From assembly GCA_025457745.1 (NCBI GenBank), contig JALOTT010000013.1:1-41707 (forward strand): DNA of 41,707 bases, in the 5' to 3' direction. This document shows, one piece after another, positions 15,182 to 24,147 of the stretch. Position 1 is the first letter of the stretch. Each line of letters starts with the position of its first letter. Made by a program: the position numbers and the translations under genes. Source of the DNA: Verrucomicrobiota bacterium. GTDB lineage: Bacteria > Verrucomicrobiota > Verrucomicrobiia > Limisphaerales > JADLHS01. The notes beneath the pieces are model-generated. The model was not told the origin of the DNA. It did no database searches and saw only the letters and a list, made by a program, of their open reading frames with translations.

Positions 15182-17251
15182 ATGAATCCGCTACCCGCCG
15201 CGAAGCATCTCGCCAGGGCGATGGTTCTAATCTTCGGTTTTTGCCTCGCGGCCAGCAACGTGCGGGCCGCAGTCGTCACGACCGCCAGACAAAAGTCCCT
15301 CGAGGAATGGCGAAACCTGACCGCGCTCACCGCCGAACCGCCCCGGGTTTTCGTCAAAGGCCACCGCGTTCGTTTCTATTTCCAGTGGGAGACCAACCTG
15401 GTCGGTTTTGACGCCAAGTGGAGTCATCACCGGATTCCTCCCGATGGCTTCGCCGCCGCGTCTGCGTTATTGCGCTGGGACAAGGGGTTATCCCGCCTGC
15501 CGGAAGCGAAGCAGGGTTGGCGTGAGGCGACCGTCATCGCCGGCGCGGCGTGGCGGCGCTATGCGACGAATTTGATCGAGGGATTGACGCCGCAAACGCC
15601 GTGGCACGGTGTCTATTACCAGGCGTTTCTCGCGGACCGCGTGTTGTATCGCGACGCGCACGGCACGCCCCACCTTGCGCCCCAGGGCGAACAACCGGCA
15701 CAGGTGATCGTTGACCACCGTTTTCCACTCGAAGAGACGTTGCAAGTCCTCGCCGGACAGGCCGAGAAGTTCCGGGCGGAAAAGCATCCAGATGAAAAGC
15801 TGTTTGTGTTCATGTCCCCGAACGGCGACCGCATGAGCCAGCCGCTGCTGGTGGATCGGGAGAACCGGCAATGCGTGAATCTGCTGCCCGCGGCCTTGCT
15901 CGAATCGCCGGATCGCGGGTTGAGCTTCGCAGCAACGCTCAAAGGCCTGGGTGCGCTCGTGGAAAGCCACACCCTGCCGTTGCTCAAAAATCCCGTGTCC
16001 AGCGCCGCGCGGCTGGCGGACTTGGGCGTCGAAACCGCCGTCGTCGTGCTTCACCTCCGGTTGCCCAGGTCGGCCAGCTTCCCGCCGCTCGCGCAGACCA
16101 ACGGCATGGACCTCGTCGCGTGGGAAAAATGGCTGGACCGCTACACCGGCACGCGTCGGGAAGACGGCTCGGTCCAACTCCTCATTGATGGCGACCGTTT
16201 CTTCACGCGATTGCAACAAGCGATCGGCGAAGCCACCAACCGCATTTCGATGAATGTGTTCATCTTCGACCGCGACGACGTCGCCGTGGGAATCGCCGAC
16301 CAACTGAAACGGCGGTCCGCCGAGCTGCCGGTCAAGGTCATTCTCGATCAGATGGCCAGCATCACAGCCGGAATGGCGCCGCCCACCTCGCCAATGCCCG
16401 TGGACTTTGTTCCTCCCGGCTCGATCACCGGATATCTGCGCCAGGATTCGCGCGTTCGCGTGCGGCCCTTTCTCAATCCGTGGTTTTCCGCCGACCACAC
16501 GAAAGTCCTCCTGGTGGACGGAAACCGCGCCTGGGTGGGCGGCATGAACCTGGGCCGCGAATACCGTTACGAATGGCACGATCTGATGTTTGAACTGCAA
16601 GGCCCGGTGGTGGCGTCGCTGGAAAACGAGTTCAAGCGCGACTGGGCGCACGCCGGGTTGCTGGGTGACCTTGCCTTCGCTGGTGCCGCCCTCAAACAAA
16701 CGGAAGGCGCGAAACCAGCAGAACCCGACCGTTGGATCAAAGTCCGCCGGCTGCCCACGCGCACCGCGTGGAAACCATTCAACGTTGCCGTGCAAACCTC
16801 CATTCGCAAAGCCCGGAGCTACATCTACGTCGAGAACCCCTACATCTTCGACAAACGCGTCATCACCGGTCTCGTGCAGGCGCGCAAACGCGGCGTGGAC
16901 GTCCGCGTCGTGTTGCCGCGCGTGAATGATTTCAAAGCCGGCGCCCGTGGCAACGTCGTCACCGCCAATTACCTCCTCGAACACGGCGTCCGGGTCTATT
17001 TCTACCCCGGCATGACGCACGTGAAGGCAATGCTCGTGGACGGCTGGTCCTGCCTTGGGACGGGCAATCTCAACCACATGAGCCTGCGACTCTGTCAGGA
17101 ACAAAACATCGCCACATCCGACCCGGAGTTTGCCGCGCGGTTGAAAAAGGAACTGTTTGAAGAAGACTTCACCCGCTCCTTCGAATTGCAACAACCCATC
17201 TCCGTGGACTGGGTTGATTTTCTGGCCGACCTGCTGCTGGAAGGATTTTGA
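15182..17251 (+). CDS. phospholipase D superfamily protein (two HKD motifs; cardiolipin-synthase-like) with a long N-terminal domain and signal peptide
   Basis: HKD 1: HTKVLLVDGNRAWVGGMNLG. HKD 2: HVKAMLVDGWSCLGTGNLN. Hydrophobic N-terminal leader. Confidence 0.8.
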   Translation: MNPLPAAKHLARAMVLIFGFCLAASNVRAAVVTTARQKSLEEWRNLTALTAEPPRVFVKGHRVRFYFQWETNLVGFDAKWSHHRIPPDGFAAASALLRWDKGLSRLPEAKQGWREATVIAGAAWRRYATNLIEGLTPQTPWHGVYYQAFLADRVLYRDAHGTPHLAPQGEQPAQVIVDHRFPLEETLQVLAGQAEKFRAEKHPDEKLFVFMSPNGDRMSQPLLVDRENRQCVNLLPAALLESPDRGLSFAATLKGLGALVESHTLPLLKNPVSSAARLADLGVETAVVVLHLRLPRSASFPPLAQTNGMDLVAWEKWLDRYTGTRREDGSVQLLIDGDRFFTRLQQAIGEATNRISMNVFIFDRDDVAVGIADQLKRRSAELPVKVILDQMASITAGMAPPTSPMPVDFVPPGSITGYLRQDSRVRVRPFLNPWFSADHTKVLLVDGNRAWVGGMNLGREYRYEWHDLMFELQGPVVASLENEFKRDWAHAGLLGDLAFAGAALKQTEGAKPAEPDRWIKVRRLPTRTAWKPFNVAVQTSIRKARSYIYVENPYIFDKRVITGLVQARKRGVDVRVVLPRVNDFKAGARGNVVTANYLLEHGVRVYFYPGMTHVKAMLVDGWSCLGTGNLNHMSLRLCQEQNIATSDPEFAARLKKELFEEDFTRSFELQQPISVDWVDFLADLLLEGF

Positions 17252-17288
17252 AGCGGGGATGTTTTTCAGCCAGCGCAAGGCAGCCGCC

Positions 17289-18176
17289 TCACATCAGCGC
17301 CGTGCTGAAATAGCGTTCCGCCCGATCCGGCAGCACGGTGGCAATGTTGCCGTTGACCTGTTGTGACAACTGCCGCGCCGCCCACACGTTCGCGCCGGAG
17401 GAAATGCCCACCAGCAATCCAAAGTCGCTGCCCAGCTTCCGCGTCGTTAGGATTGCATCCTCATCCGTGACCTCAATCACCTCGTCCACCAGCTTCACAT
17501 CGAGCACGGCGGGAATAAAACCGTCACCGATGCCTTGAATCTGATGCAATCCCGGCTCGTGGCCCAGCAGGGCGGAGACGTTTTTGGGTTCCACCGCCAC
17601 AATGCGGACGCCGGGCTTGTGTTCGCGAAGGAATTTGCCGACCCCTTGCAGCGTGCCGCCACTGCCGACGCCCGCCACGAAGGCCGCGATGTCGCCATTC
17701 ATCTGCCGCCACAATTCATGCGCGGTTTCCTCGTAATGCACGCGCGGGTTGTCGGGATTCTCAAATTGCTGCGGCACGAACACGCGCGGGTCTTCGGCCT
17801 GCATCTGCCGCACGCGCGCCACCGCGCCGCCGAGGCTTTCCTGGGCCGGGGTGAGCACCAAGTCCGCACCCAGACTGCGGATCAGTTTCTTGCGTTCCTC
17901 GCTCATGTTCTCCGGCATGACAATGCGGACCTGGTACCCTTTGAGTCGTCCGACCAGCGCGATGCCAATACCTGTGTTGCCGGAGGTGGGTTCGACGATG
18001 ATGGAATCGGGCCGCAACCGGCCATCCCGTTCGGCGCCTTCTATCATCGCCAGCGCGACGCGATCCTTGATGCTGCCGCCGGGATTGAGAAACTCGGCCT
18101 TGGCAAAAATCGGTTCATTCCTCAGCCGGATCAGCGGCGTGCGGCCGATCAAATCTAGAATGTTATCCGTGAGCAT
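17289..18176 (-). CDS. cysK: cysteine synthase (O-acetylserine sulfhydrylase, CysK/CysM family)
   Basis: TPLIRL, the PLP-lysine context NPGGSIKDR, EPTSGNTGIGIA, GVGSGGTLQGVG. K versus M subtype not resolved. Confidence 0.85.
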   Translation of the reverse strand: MLTDNILDLIGRTPLIRLRNEPIFAKAEFLNPGGSIKDRVALAMIEGAERDGRLRPDSIIVEPTSGNTGIGIALVGRLKGYQVRIVMPENMSEERKKLIRSLGADLVLTPAQESLGGAVARVRQMQAEDPRVFVPQQFENPDNPRVHYEETAHELWRQMNGDIAAFVAGVGSGGTLQGVGKFLREHKPGVRIVAVEPKNVSALLGHEPGLHQIQGIGDGFIPAVLDVKLVDEVIEVTDEDAILTTRKLGSDFGLLVGISSGANVWAARQLSQQVNGNIATVLPDRAERYFSTALM

Positions 18177-18190
18177 GGCGGGGCAGGTGG

Positions 18191-18412
18191 TTCTTTTCTT
18201 TCGATGCGGTGTCGCAAGGCGGACGCAGGTTCGTCAGAAGGATCCTGCGGCGCCAAGTCGCCGCGGCAGGCGCGGGCGAGGAGCGAGGGCTTGAGCACGT
18301 CCACCCGCCGTTGCGTCGCACTCAGCCGCGCTTCAATCGGGTCGGCCAGCGCGAACCGGCGCTCCACCCGGCGCACGCGGGCCGGTTGTTCCGAGGGCGC
18401 TGGAAAGTTTAT
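18191..18412 (-). pseudogene. remnant of an hsdS 3' end (conserved C-terminal region only)
   Basis: INFPAPSEQPARVRRVERRFALADPIEARLSATQRRVDVLKPSLLARACRGDLAPQDPSDEPAS parallels the C-terminus of the intact HsdS at 20403-20640 (IPVPVPPLPEQLEIVRRVEGLFALADQLEVRLAKARGQVEKLTPSLLARAFAGQLVPQDPTNEPAE). Confidence 0.65.
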
Positions 18413-18482
18413 GTCTGAGCAGCCCGAACCAGCGGGCCGACACAGAAGATCCGTGTGGTGAGACAGAGAACGAGATTGCGGT

Positions 18483-19985
18483 TCATCTGGCTTTTCCTTT
18501 TCTTGATTTCCTTGGCGGAGCTTCCGCGGCGGCGTTCGCTGGGAAAGCAATCGGCTTCACTTGGTCGGCCAGGAGTTCTGCGACCAGCGGATCGTTGTGT
18601 TCGTGGCCGAACCGCCGAAGTAGTTCCCGGTGTCGGAGAAGAACCTCACGATACCGCGGGTCCGCGGCCAGATCAACCGTTTCGCCCGGATCGGCCTGCA
18701 AGTCCATGAGCGATTCGCGCTGGTGGCCGCGGCTGAAGACGCAATACTTGTATCGCTCCGTCCGCACCATCCGGCCTTCCATTTGCGGCGTCAGCCCATT
18801 GAACTCCCCGGCCTGGCTCAGGTTGTTTTCCACCACCACGTGATCGCGCCAGGCGGTGACTGGTTTTCCGAGAGCCAGCGGCAGGAGGCTGCGGCCGGAG
18901 AGTTTCTTCGGAATCTCCAGACCCGCGAAGTCAAGCATCGTGGGCAAGAGATCAAGGCCGGTGTGCACCAGTTTGTCGGTGGTGCCGGCGACACTCCGGC
19001 CTTTACAAGCGATGATCAGCGGGACGCGCGCGGATTCCTCGTAGAGAACCGTCTTTTGATTGAAGCCGTGCGCGCCGGCGCATTCCCCGTGGTCGGCGGT
19101 GAAGGCGATCAACGTGTTGTCTGCCAAGCCGGCGGTGCGGAGTGCGTCAAGGACTTTGCCGATCTCCGCGTCCACCTTCTCGATCATCCGGTAATAACCC
19201 CAGCGGTGTTTGCGCCAATCCTCCGCCGAAAACTTGCGGACCGGGAACGGACCGGAGTCAACCTGGTATGCGTGGCGCATGAGAGTCATCCCATCCGGCT
19301 CGTTCTTGGGCGGGGCGAAATTGGCCGGCAGCGGCGGCAACTGATCCAGCGGCGGCGGCTCGCCGATTTCACCGCAGTTCAAGACCTGCTGGCGTCCCGC
19401 GAGCCGGCGCGCCCATTCGCAGATGTTGTGCGGATTGAGAAAGCTGGCGACGAGCAGGAATGGCTGGTCGTGCGGGCGAGCAAGAAACTTCACCGCCCCA
19501 GTGGTCACGCCGGCATCGTGATCGCCTTGGACCCGGCCAGTCACGATCTCGAAGCCGTGCGCGCTGGTGTCTTTCGGGTCGTAACAGAGGTGCCATTTGC
19601 CACTGTAAGCGGTGTCATAGCCCGCGTTGCGGAAGTACGTGCCGAGGCAGACGAACTCCTTCGGGTCCAGGCCACCCGGGGGTGCCGCGTTCTTGGTAAC
19701 GCCTGTTTCATGGGGATAACGCCCCGTAAATATCGAGCTGCGCGAGGGCATGCACAGCGGGTTGGAACTGTAGGCCCGCGTGAACAGCATCCCGGTTTGC
19801 GCCAGCCGATCCATCGTCGGCGTGTGGAGGAACTGCTTCCCCATCCGGCAGCTCATGGCGTCGGCCGACTGTTGGTCGGTGATGATAAATAGGATATTGG
19901 GCCGCTTCGCCGGCAGGTCGCCGGCGTCGAGCGGAGCCACCGCCGCCAACAAGAGGGCGGCGAAAACAGGCGGGATTCGATTCAT
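18483..19985 (-). CDS. secreted sulfatase (formylglycine-dependent arylsulfatase family)
   Basis: Signal peptide; NILFIITDQQ; C-x-P-x-R motif CMPSRSSIFTGRYPHETG; GKWH; FTADHGE. Confidence 0.85.
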   Translation of the reverse strand: MNRIPPVFAALLLAAVAPLDAGDLPAKRPNILFIITDQQSADAMSCRMGKQFLHTPTMDRLAQTGMLFTRAYSSNPLCMPSRSSIFTGRYPHETGVTKNAAPPGGLDPKEFVCLGTYFRNAGYDTAYSGKWHLCYDPKDTSAHGFEIVTGRVQGDHDAGVTTGAVKFLARPHDQPFLLVASFLNPHNICEWARRLAGRQQVLNCGEIGEPPPLDQLPPLPANFAPPKNEPDGMTLMRHAYQVDSGPFPVRKFSAEDWRKHRWGYYRMIEKVDAEIGKVLDALRTAGLADNTLIAFTADHGECAGAHGFNQKTVLYEESARVPLIIACKGRSVAGTTDKLVHTGLDLLPTMLDFAGLEIPKKLSGRSLLPLALGKPVTAWRDHVVVENNLSQAGEFNGLTPQMEGRMVRTERYKYCVFSRGHQRESLMDLQADPGETVDLAADPRYREVLLRHRELLRRFGHEHNDPLVAELLADQVKPIAFPANAAAEAPPRKSRKGKAR

Positions 19986-20039
19986 ATTTGAGTTTGCTGG
20001 TTTACCGTCGCTGGCTTTTTGATGCTGACTGCAAGCTCA

Positions 20040-20162
20040 TCCGGCAGCCGGGCCGGGCGGCGTGGACTTGGCAGCCAGCTCGACAGGATGCGCAAGTGCG
20101 CCCACCAGTGGCTGCGTCGCTGCCAGCCGCGCTTCCGGCTCGCCGACCAGCGTAAACCGTCT
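20040..20162 (-). pseudogene. second, more degenerate hsdS 3' remnant
   Basis: RRFTLVGEPEARLAATQPLVGAL resembles RRFALADPIEARLSATQRRVDVL. DNA blocks tgcgtcgc..cagccgcgcttc are shared with 18300-18340. Confidence 0.4.
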
Positions 20163-20214
20163 CCCACTCGGCGCACAATTTGCGTTTGAACCATGGATGA
20201 CGCGGATGAACACA

Positions 20215-20421
20215 GATTCCGTAGTCCCGTCAGGGACGACCGACAATAGCCCGCGGTTTCAACCTTGGGTTGCGGATGTAATGATGACCAAGCCCCACAG
20301 GGGCGAAAGAATCCGTTCGTTGACACAACAAGATTCTTCCGTCCCTCACGGGACTCGTTCCAGCTCCGCGCAAATACCCAGCGATAAATCGCTGGGCTGT
20401 TTTCAAGCGTCCTTGTGGGAC
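20215..20421. repeat. composite multi-hairpin repeat element (GTCCC-N4-GGGAC modules plus a CCCAGCGAT-AAA-TCGCTGGG hairpin)
   Basis: Hairpins at 20224-20237, 20341-20354, 20377-20396 and 20409-20421. Six-frame peptides of the type VVPSGTTDNSPRFQPWV / LGCFQASLWD are characteristic of a dispersed repeat, not of a gene. Confidence 0.55.
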
Positions 20422-21695
20422 TTGGATTCATGGTTTGATTTGATGCGCTCCAACAAATCCTCCGCCGGTTCGTTGGTGGGGTCTTGGGGGACGAGTTGGC
20501 CGGCGAAGGCGCGGGCGAGGAGGGACGGCGTGAGCTTCTCCACTTGCCCGCGCGCCTTGGCCAACCGCACCTCAAGCTGGTCGGCCAGCGCAAACAATCC
20601 CTCCACTCGCCGCACGATTTCCAGTTGCTCGGGGAGCGGAGGCACTGGAACAGGGATGGTGTTCATGTTTGCCTGATTCAACTTTGGCTGCGCTGTGCCC
20701 GACACATACGGCGCGAGATCAATCGAGTTGATGTAGGCGGCGACGTAGGCGTTTGGGAACGAGTGCTTGCACCTCAGAACATGGGCGTGGTTGTTGACCC
20801 AAATCCGACCCTTCGCGAGAAATGCGATGGGTGTCGAACGTGAGAGCAAGTTCGCGCCGTCCTCGCCAATCAGCACGAACTCACCTTCGTGTGTGAAGCC
20901 GTCAATGGAATCGATAACTCCTGACGCTCCGTAATATGGGAACGCACCCTTTCGTGTTTCACGCAGCTTCGATGAAATGGGAACACGTTTGCCATCGAGA
21001 TTCTCAACGTAATCGCCTAGCGCGCACCAAGCCCAGCCGGATGGCAAGTCATCGGCAGGCTTGGCGGCTGCGATGACTTCGCTTGCTGGCTGAACATTTG
21101 AACTGTCCTCCCGCCAATCGGCGGTAAGGCGGCCGGAGCAGGCGGCGGCGAGGACGGATTGGCGAAAGCGTTTGAGCAGGACGGGCATCTTCGCCAGTCG
21201 CTGCTGGCTGGCGTCCACTTTGCCCAACAGCGTCTCCAGCTTCGCCACAATCCGCCGCTGCTCGGCGAGCGGAGCGAGCGGGACTTCAAGATTCCAGAAA
21301 ACTTCTGGGTCAACGTGAGGGATGCCCGTGCCGCGAGTGTTGTTGTTGAGAGTTTGAAACTGGCTGGCGATAAAGTGACGCAGATAACTCGACTCCACTT
21401 GTCGCGCCGTCAGCGCCATGATGGTTGAGCCAATCGCTCCTGTGATACCACCACCAATCCAGCCGCTTCGCGCACCGTCCCAAACGACGAACAAATCGTC
21501 TTTGGCGGCGAGCCTCGATGATTTCACTTCCGCAAACTGCCGAACTGCCTTCTTTTCGATTGCGTGGATGTCGAGGTATGGAACGAATCCATCGGCTGGA
21601 CTGTCGCGCAGGACAGCGGGCTTCTTTCCTTTCTTCGCAGCGACGACTTCCTGCAATCGCGCAAAAGCCCACCTATTCGGAAGCTCGTCGCTCAT
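20403..21695 (-). CDS. hsdS: type I restriction-modification specificity subunit HsdS
   Basis: Two target-recognition halves, each followed by a conserved helical region (LPEQRRIVAKLETLL... and LPEQLEIVRRVEGLFALAD...). Start taken at the MSDELPNRW ATG (21695); the upstream part of the ORF is Arg-rich noise. Confidence 0.85.
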   Translation of the reverse strand: MSDELPNRWAFARLQEVVAAKKGKKPAVLRDSPADGFVPYLDIHAIEKKAVRQFAEVKSSRLAAKDDLFVVWDGARSGWIGGGITGAIGSTIMALTARQVESSYLRHFIASQFQTLNNNTRGTGIPHVDPEVFWNLEVPLAPLAEQRRIVAKLETLLGKVDASQQRLAKMPVLLKRFRQSVLAAACSGRLTADWREDSSNVQPASEVIAAAKPADDLPSGWAWCALGDYVENLDGKRVPISSKLRETRKGAFPYYGASGVIDSIDGFTHEGEFVLIGEDGANLLSRSTPIAFLAKGRIWVNNHAHVLRCKHSFPNAYVAAYINSIDLAPYVSGTAQPKLNQANMNTIPVPVPPLPEQLEIVRRVEGLFALADQLEVRLAKARGQVEKLTPSLLARAFAGQLVPQDPTNEPAEDLLERIKSNHESKSHKDA

Positions 21696-21934
21696 TTCTC
21701 CACGCCTCCGTATCCGCTTGGCCCGAAGCGGGCTGCGGCGTCGGCAAATTTCGCTTTGCATTTTATTTGGTGTTCCCGCATATTCTCGGCGGCGACCAGA
21801 GTGGGCCGGATTCACCCGACTCCGAGAAGATTTCCCTGGCCGCACCGATTTAAAGGTCCCGCCCCGGTGACAAGAACCCATTGGGTTCTCTCGCAAGAGT
21901 AGCCGGGGCGGTCATTTTTTCCGGTCTTCATTTT

Positions 21935-22663
21935 TCAGTCGGGAAATCCAGTGCCAGCCTGGAGCACATCCCATTCGCGGCGCACCGCCGCCTGCACCCG
22001 CCGGAAGGAGCGGTCATCGTTGCCGTTCCATTTCCGGTAAATCGCCCAGGTGCAATAATCGGCGATCTGCAAATCGAGGTTGGATTTCGAGGCGTGATGC
22101 AGCACGCGATAGCGCACCGAAGCCGGGAGCATGGCGGCCAGCGTCATCTTCACGCCTTTTTCCACCGCCGCCCGCTTGCGCTGGACCGGCAGACTATCCG
22201 TGAACACGATGACCTCGGCAAATTCAGCCAGTGGATAATGTTGGAGGATCTCCCGCAGCAGAGTGCCCAGCACTTTGGGGAAAAACTGATCTTCGTCGCG
22301 CAGTCTCGCTTCCACCTTGGTTTTTTCCACGATGATGGCGTCCACCGCCACCCCGGCCAGATGCTTCTCGATGATGTCGAAGACGCCGGTGCGCACCGCC
22401 TGGGCGTTCTCCGAGGCATGGAAATATTCCAGCGCCGTGCCGCGCTCCACCTGATCGTATTTGAATTCCGTCAATTCCTTGTAGGCGTGGAACGGCCGCT
22501 CCTTGGTGATGCCGCCCAGCACGAAATACTTCGTGCCGTGCTTGGAGAAATCCAGATTCCCCGCCTCGTCGAGAAAAATATAGAGAAACCGTCCCGCCGG
22601 AGGGATGAGGCTGGCAGCCGGCCTCCCGGACACATGGGGCTGAGGTGATTCTTGGCCGCTCAT
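21935..22663 (-). CDS. DUF3800-family protein
   Basis: N-terminal YIFLDEAGNLDF and C-terminal LQIADYCTWAI match the DUF3800 pattern as recalled. Its ATG overlaps the hsdM stop as ATGA. Confidence 0.65.
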   Translation of the reverse strand: MSGQESPQPHVSGRPAASLIPPAGRFLYIFLDEAGNLDFSKHGTKYFVLGGITKERPFHAYKELTEFKYDQVERGTALEYFHASENAQAVRTGVFDIIEKHLAGVAVDAIIVEKTKVEARLRDEDQFFPKVLGTLLREILQHYPLAEFAEVIVFTDSLPVQRKRAAVEKGVKMTLAAMLPASVRYRVLHHASKSNLDLQIADYCTWAIYRKWNGNDDRSFRRVQAAVRREWDVLQAGTGFPD

Positions 22664-24081
22664 TTCTCCACGCCCTCTTCCTTTTCCACCAACGCGACGA
22701 TTTCGCGGAGGTCGTCCACCACCGCCTCCAGCTCCGTGATGGCTTCGGCGGCGAGGTCCTGCGGTTCGGGCAATTCGTCGGCGTCTTCGAGCGAGTCGTC
22801 CTTGAGCCAGGTCACGTCGAGCTTGTAGCCGCGTTCCTTGATTTCGCTGATATGGAATTTGCGGAAACGGCCCGTCTCGCCGGTGTCGGTGCGCCTGCTC
22901 AGGCCGTTGGGGTCTTTGCCGTAAACTTTTTCAAACTCGGCGAAGTGTTGCGCGGTGAGCGGGCGGTCTTTCTTGGTGATGCCCGGCACGTTGGAGCGCG
23001 CGTCGAAAATCCAGACCGCGTCGGTGGGCCGGCCTTTCTGGAAGAAGATGACGTTCGCCTTCACCCCCTGGCTGTAGGGCGTAAACGTGCCGCGCGGCAG
23101 GCGCAGGACGGTGTGCAACGCGCAATCCTGCATGAGCAACTCGAAGACTTCGCCGGCCTTGCCCTCGAACAGGCAGTTGTCCGGCAGCACCATCGCGGCG
23201 CGTCCGCCGGGCTTGAGCGTGGTCATGACGTGCTGGACGAAGTTGAGCTGTTTGTTGCTGGTCTCGATGGTGAAGTCGTCGCGGTCGGGTGCTTGATTCG
23301 CGCCTTTCGTGCCGAAGGGCGGATTGGTGAGCACCACGTCGTAACGCTCGCCGCGGTCCGGCTCGTAAACGGTATCGCCGAGATAAATGTGCGGCTCGAC
23401 GCCGTGGAGGAACAGATTCATCAGCGCGAGCCGGCGCGGTCGCGGCACGAGATCCTGGCCGATGAAGGTCTGCGATTTGATGCGCCGGGCGTCCGCGCGA
23501 TCGAACACGCCGCCGGAGACTTCCTTCGACACGAGCCATTCATAACTGCACACGAGAAAGCCGCCCGTGCCGCACGCCGGGTCGCAGATGCGGAAGTCCG
23601 GTTTGCCGCGCGGGTCGGGCTTCATCACCGAGACGATGGCCTGGATGAGCGGTCGGGGCGTGAAGTATTGGCCCGCGCCTTTCTTGCCTTCGCTGGCGGC
23701 CTTTTCGAGCAGGCCCTCGAACGCCGCGCCCTTCACGTCCACGTCCATCGCGGACCAATCCTCCTCGTCAATCATGGCGATGACGCGCTTGAGGTTGACG
23801 GGATTGTTAAAGCGCGGCGTGGCCTGCGCAAAGATGTCGGCGAGCAGGCCCCCGGCTTCGCGGAGCTTGCGCAGAATGTCGGCGTAGTGGTCGGTCAACT
23901 GCGTGCCGGACTTGGCCTTGAGCGAGTCCCAATCGCAATCCTTCGGCACCTTCGCGTCGCGTTCATCGGCCATCTTGAGGAACAGCAGGTAGGTGAGTTG
24001 CTCGATGTAATCGCCATAATCCACGCCGTCGTGGCGCAGCGTGTGGCAGAAGCCCCAGAGTTTTTGGACGATGTCGGACAT
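22660..24081 (-). CDS. hsdM: type I R-M N6-adenine DNA methyltransferase subunit HsdM
   Basis: HsdM N-terminal domain (LWGFCHTLRHDGVDYGDYIEQLTYLLFLK), SAM motif DPACGTGGF and catalytic NPPFG. Confidence 0.92.
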   Translation of the reverse strand: MSDIVQKLWGFCHTLRHDGVDYGDYIEQLTYLLFLKMADERDAKVPKDCDWDSLKAKSGTQLTDHYADILRKLREAGGLLADIFAQATPRFNNPVNLKRVIAMIDEEDWSAMDVDVKGAAFEGLLEKAASEGKKGAGQYFTPRPLIQAIVSVMKPDPRGKPDFRICDPACGTGGFLVCSYEWLVSKEVSGGVFDRADARRIKSQTFIGQDLVPRPRRLALMNLFLHGVEPHIYLGDTVYEPDRGERYDVVLTNPPFGTKGANQAPDRDDFTIETSNKQLNFVQHVMTTLKPGGRAAMVLPDNCLFEGKAGEVFELLMQDCALHTVLRLPRGTFTPYSQGVKANVIFFQKGRPTDAVWIFDARSNVPGITKKDRPLTAQHFAEFEKVYGKDPNGLSRRTDTGETGRFRKFHISEIKERGYKLDVTWLKDDSLEDADELPEPQDLAAEAITELEAVVDDLREIVALVEKEEGVEK

Positions 24082-24147
24082 GTTAAGAGAAGGCGTCGAG
24101 CCCGTTCAACCCTGTGCGATACGCGCCTCGAAATCCCAACAATCTCA

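Noticed and set aside
14980-15357. 125-aa minus-strand ORF as the gene served by the orphan terminator
   Set aside because: Its 5' half overlaps the well-supported PLD gene start in antisense. There is no SD or family support. Only the possibility of a short transcript is kept as a low-interest finding.
19982-20593. 203-aa minus-strand ORF between the sulfatase and hsdS
   Set aside because: It is a composite read-through of the hsdS 3' end in the wrong frame, the multi-hairpin repeat and the degenerate hsdS remnant. It is Ser/Arg/Pro-rich with no coherent domain.
21856-21913. Compound hairpin (gtcccgccccgg ... gaaccca-t-tgggttc ... ccggggcggtc) between the DUF3800 gene and hsdS, considered as a terminator or attenuator
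   Set aside because: The T-run follows the stem only on the plus strand, where no gene is present. On the coding (minus) strand there is no U-tract. Function cannot be supported from sequence alone, so it is mentioned only within the DUF3800 finding.
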